In this document: positions 61,855 to 64,000 of the stretch, one piece after another
Layout: each line of letters begins with the position of its first letter
Position numbering within the stretch: the stretch's first letter is position 1
Origin: Macrostomum lignano
Taxonomy: Eukaryota
DNA: 64,000 nt
Assembly: GCA_002269645.1 (NCBI GenBank)
Contig: NIVC01000137.1
Location: forward strand, 559,339-623,338
Direction: 5' to 3'
Notes under the pieces: generated by a model
Told to the model about the DNA's origin: nothing
The model's input: only the letters and a program-made list of their open reading frames with translations
Database searches by the model: none
Position numbers and translations under genes: made by a program

Positions 61855-63394
61855 GCATTCCAGAAGCATGTATCGATTGCATCACACGTGGCTGCTCTAA
61901 TTCCAGCAATCGATTGTAATGCCATTCGATCACGCAATCCCCCATGTCGAGTATCAATCGCTTCCTTTTGTGTCCCTGCGACTTCAAGCAATAACGTGGG
62001 GTGTTTTTTGCGTCGCCTTCCCCGCCATCCTGCAAATCTGTCCGAGGGAAAAATATCCCCTGCGGAATCCCAGAGCCCGCTAACAGTCTCGCTGGATTCT
62101 TTGTTCCTGCTATCAAGTCAGGCTTGCCAAATCCCCCACAGGACAAGTCGTGCGCTGCATGCTTTCACGCGCCGCTAGGAGTATAGTCTCAAAAAACCTA
62201 CACCATTATTATCTAAAGACTAGGATTAAAATCCTACGCTTAAAGAAACCACGTTTATAGAGAGGATTTAAATAATAACAATAATGGTGGGGCTCAAGAG
62301 AGGATTAGCGAGTACGGAGAATTCTGACGGATGCAGGTCACTCTGGCATCGAGGCTTGCTTGACTCATCAGGAGGAGACAGATTTAAATTTCAACGCAAA
62401 AAAAATTAGCTCGTATTTAATCCCGCAGATCCTGTCCACTCCACAGAGAATTTAAGCAGCTGAAATCTCTCCGGCCGCATCAATTATGCAACCATCTATC
62501 CCGAGCAAGGTTTCCCTCTCTATTTAGTCAGGTGAAATCGGTGCCTTCTATCTGGCAGCTGTGTACAATAATTCTACCCTAGTATAAAAAATGCTAAATT
62601 CCCTATTTCTCATTAAGTTGGCGGCTGACTGGAACATCAAGCTAAAGCCAGCATGGGAATATATCCCCATTTAGCATTCGCCATAAGGGGCTGGTGGCTG
62701 CTGCATGTCGAACACATGCTGAGGTTGGGGATGGGGGTGGGGTTCATATATGCATGAAGTCGTCGCAGGGCATCTCAGCCTAGCAACTAGGATTCTAGCA
62801 GCAGGTAATTGGTGGATTGAACTGCGAGCATGCAGCTGGGAAAGGTTGGGAAAGGAAGACTGGAAGCATCTTGGCGTGTTCTGGGTGGGTTCGCCACCCC
62901 TCCCCACATCCTCATTACTCGCGTCTGGTGAGTGTCATGGTTCAATGTCTTAGTGGGGGAATATATAGATAAATATGATTATGGGAAGACAAAATCTGCA
63001 GTTGGTTAGAGACTTGGCCAAATGCATTCTAGCGGCAATTTCGAGAAAGAAGACCCCCTCTTGCTTCAATTGTCTTCAATCGCTTGAGCAGTCGATGAGC
63101 TGGAAATTGTTATATTGCTCTGTTGTTGGTGAGCTGAATCGGAAATTGAGAAGCTACATCAATTTATGATTTTGTCTAGACTATATAGCTACTATTATGA
63201 AAGTTGAGAGAAAGGATAAAATTTATAAGATTAGATACTATAGACGGCTGTGAGGAACTTTAGAACTGGGGGTGTTGTTTAGTTGGTCCATTAGGGTAGA
63301 CAGTGATTGACACGGGTAGATGGGGTTTAGGTAGAATGTTAGGTAGAGTGATAGAGAAGAGCATGGAGATGGAGGGTAGGCAGTGGTATAGATA

Positions 63395-64000
63395 AAGGTG
63401 GATAGAGGTAGAGAATATTCAGGTAGACAGGGGTATACTGAGGTAGACAGGGGTATATTGAGGTAGACAGGGGTATATTGAGGTAGACAGGTATACTGAG
63501 GTAGACAGGGGTATATTGAGGTAGACAGGGGGTATATTGAGGTAGACAGGGGTATATTGAGGTAGACAGGGGTATATTGGGGTAGACAGGGGTATATTGA
63601 GGTAGACAGGGGTATATTGAGGTAGACACGGGTATATTGAGGTAGACACGGGTATATTGAGGTAGACAGGGTATATTGGGATAGACAGGGGTATATTGAG
63701 GTAGACAGGGGTATATTGAGGTAGACAGGGGTATATTGAGGTAGACACGGGTATATTGAGGTAGACACGGGTATACTGAGGTAGACAGGGGTATATTGAG
63801 GTAGACAGGAGGCTATTGAGGTTAGACAGGGTTATATTGAGGTAGATAGGGGTATACTGAGGAGACAGGGGTATTGAGGTAGACAGGGGTATATTGAGGT
63901 AGACACGGGGGTATATTGAGGAGTAGACAGGGTATTGAGGTTAGACAGGGGTATATTGAGGTAGACAGGGGTATATTGAGGTAGACAGGGGTATATTGAG
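63395..64000. repeat. 20-bp minisatellite (runs off the window)
   Basis: Unit GAGGTAGACAGGGGTATATT. Confidence 0.95.

Overview
Eukaryotic (metazoan) genomic DNA; no prokaryotic features or CRISPR. The very dense minisatellites, (GACA)n/(GATA)n runs, GC-rich exons and short GT-AG introns resemble a free-living flatworm such as Macrostomum (inference only). About 40% of the window (roughly 27 kb by hand count) is tandem repeat, and these arrays produce nearly all of the long ORFs in the track. Four host genes lie on the + strand: an intronless secreted glutaminyl cyclase (2056-3030) with a TATA box; a 2-exon secreted fibrinogen-related protein with a PAN/apple-like N-terminus (7853-8876); a 5-exon rhodopsin-family peptide GPCR (12091-18048) whose 3.5 kb intron 2 is almost entirely a 21-bp minisatellite; and a 7-EC protocadherin (49050 to about 51.9 kb). 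Mobile elements: a full-length Loa/R1-group LINE (APE-RT-RNase H-CCHC, 32464-38351) inserted in a 44-bp satellite, whose ORF breaks can each be repaired by adding one base to a homopolymer run; three copies of a tRNA-derived CORE-like SINE, one interrupted by a foldback MITE; and hAT-like MITEs carrying internal minisatellites. The most unusual signals are a GGCGCC-core minisatellite family apparently tied to transposon ends, the clustering of unrelated repeat units at 20-23 bp, and an intron packed with about 160 decoy branch-point/acceptor motifs.
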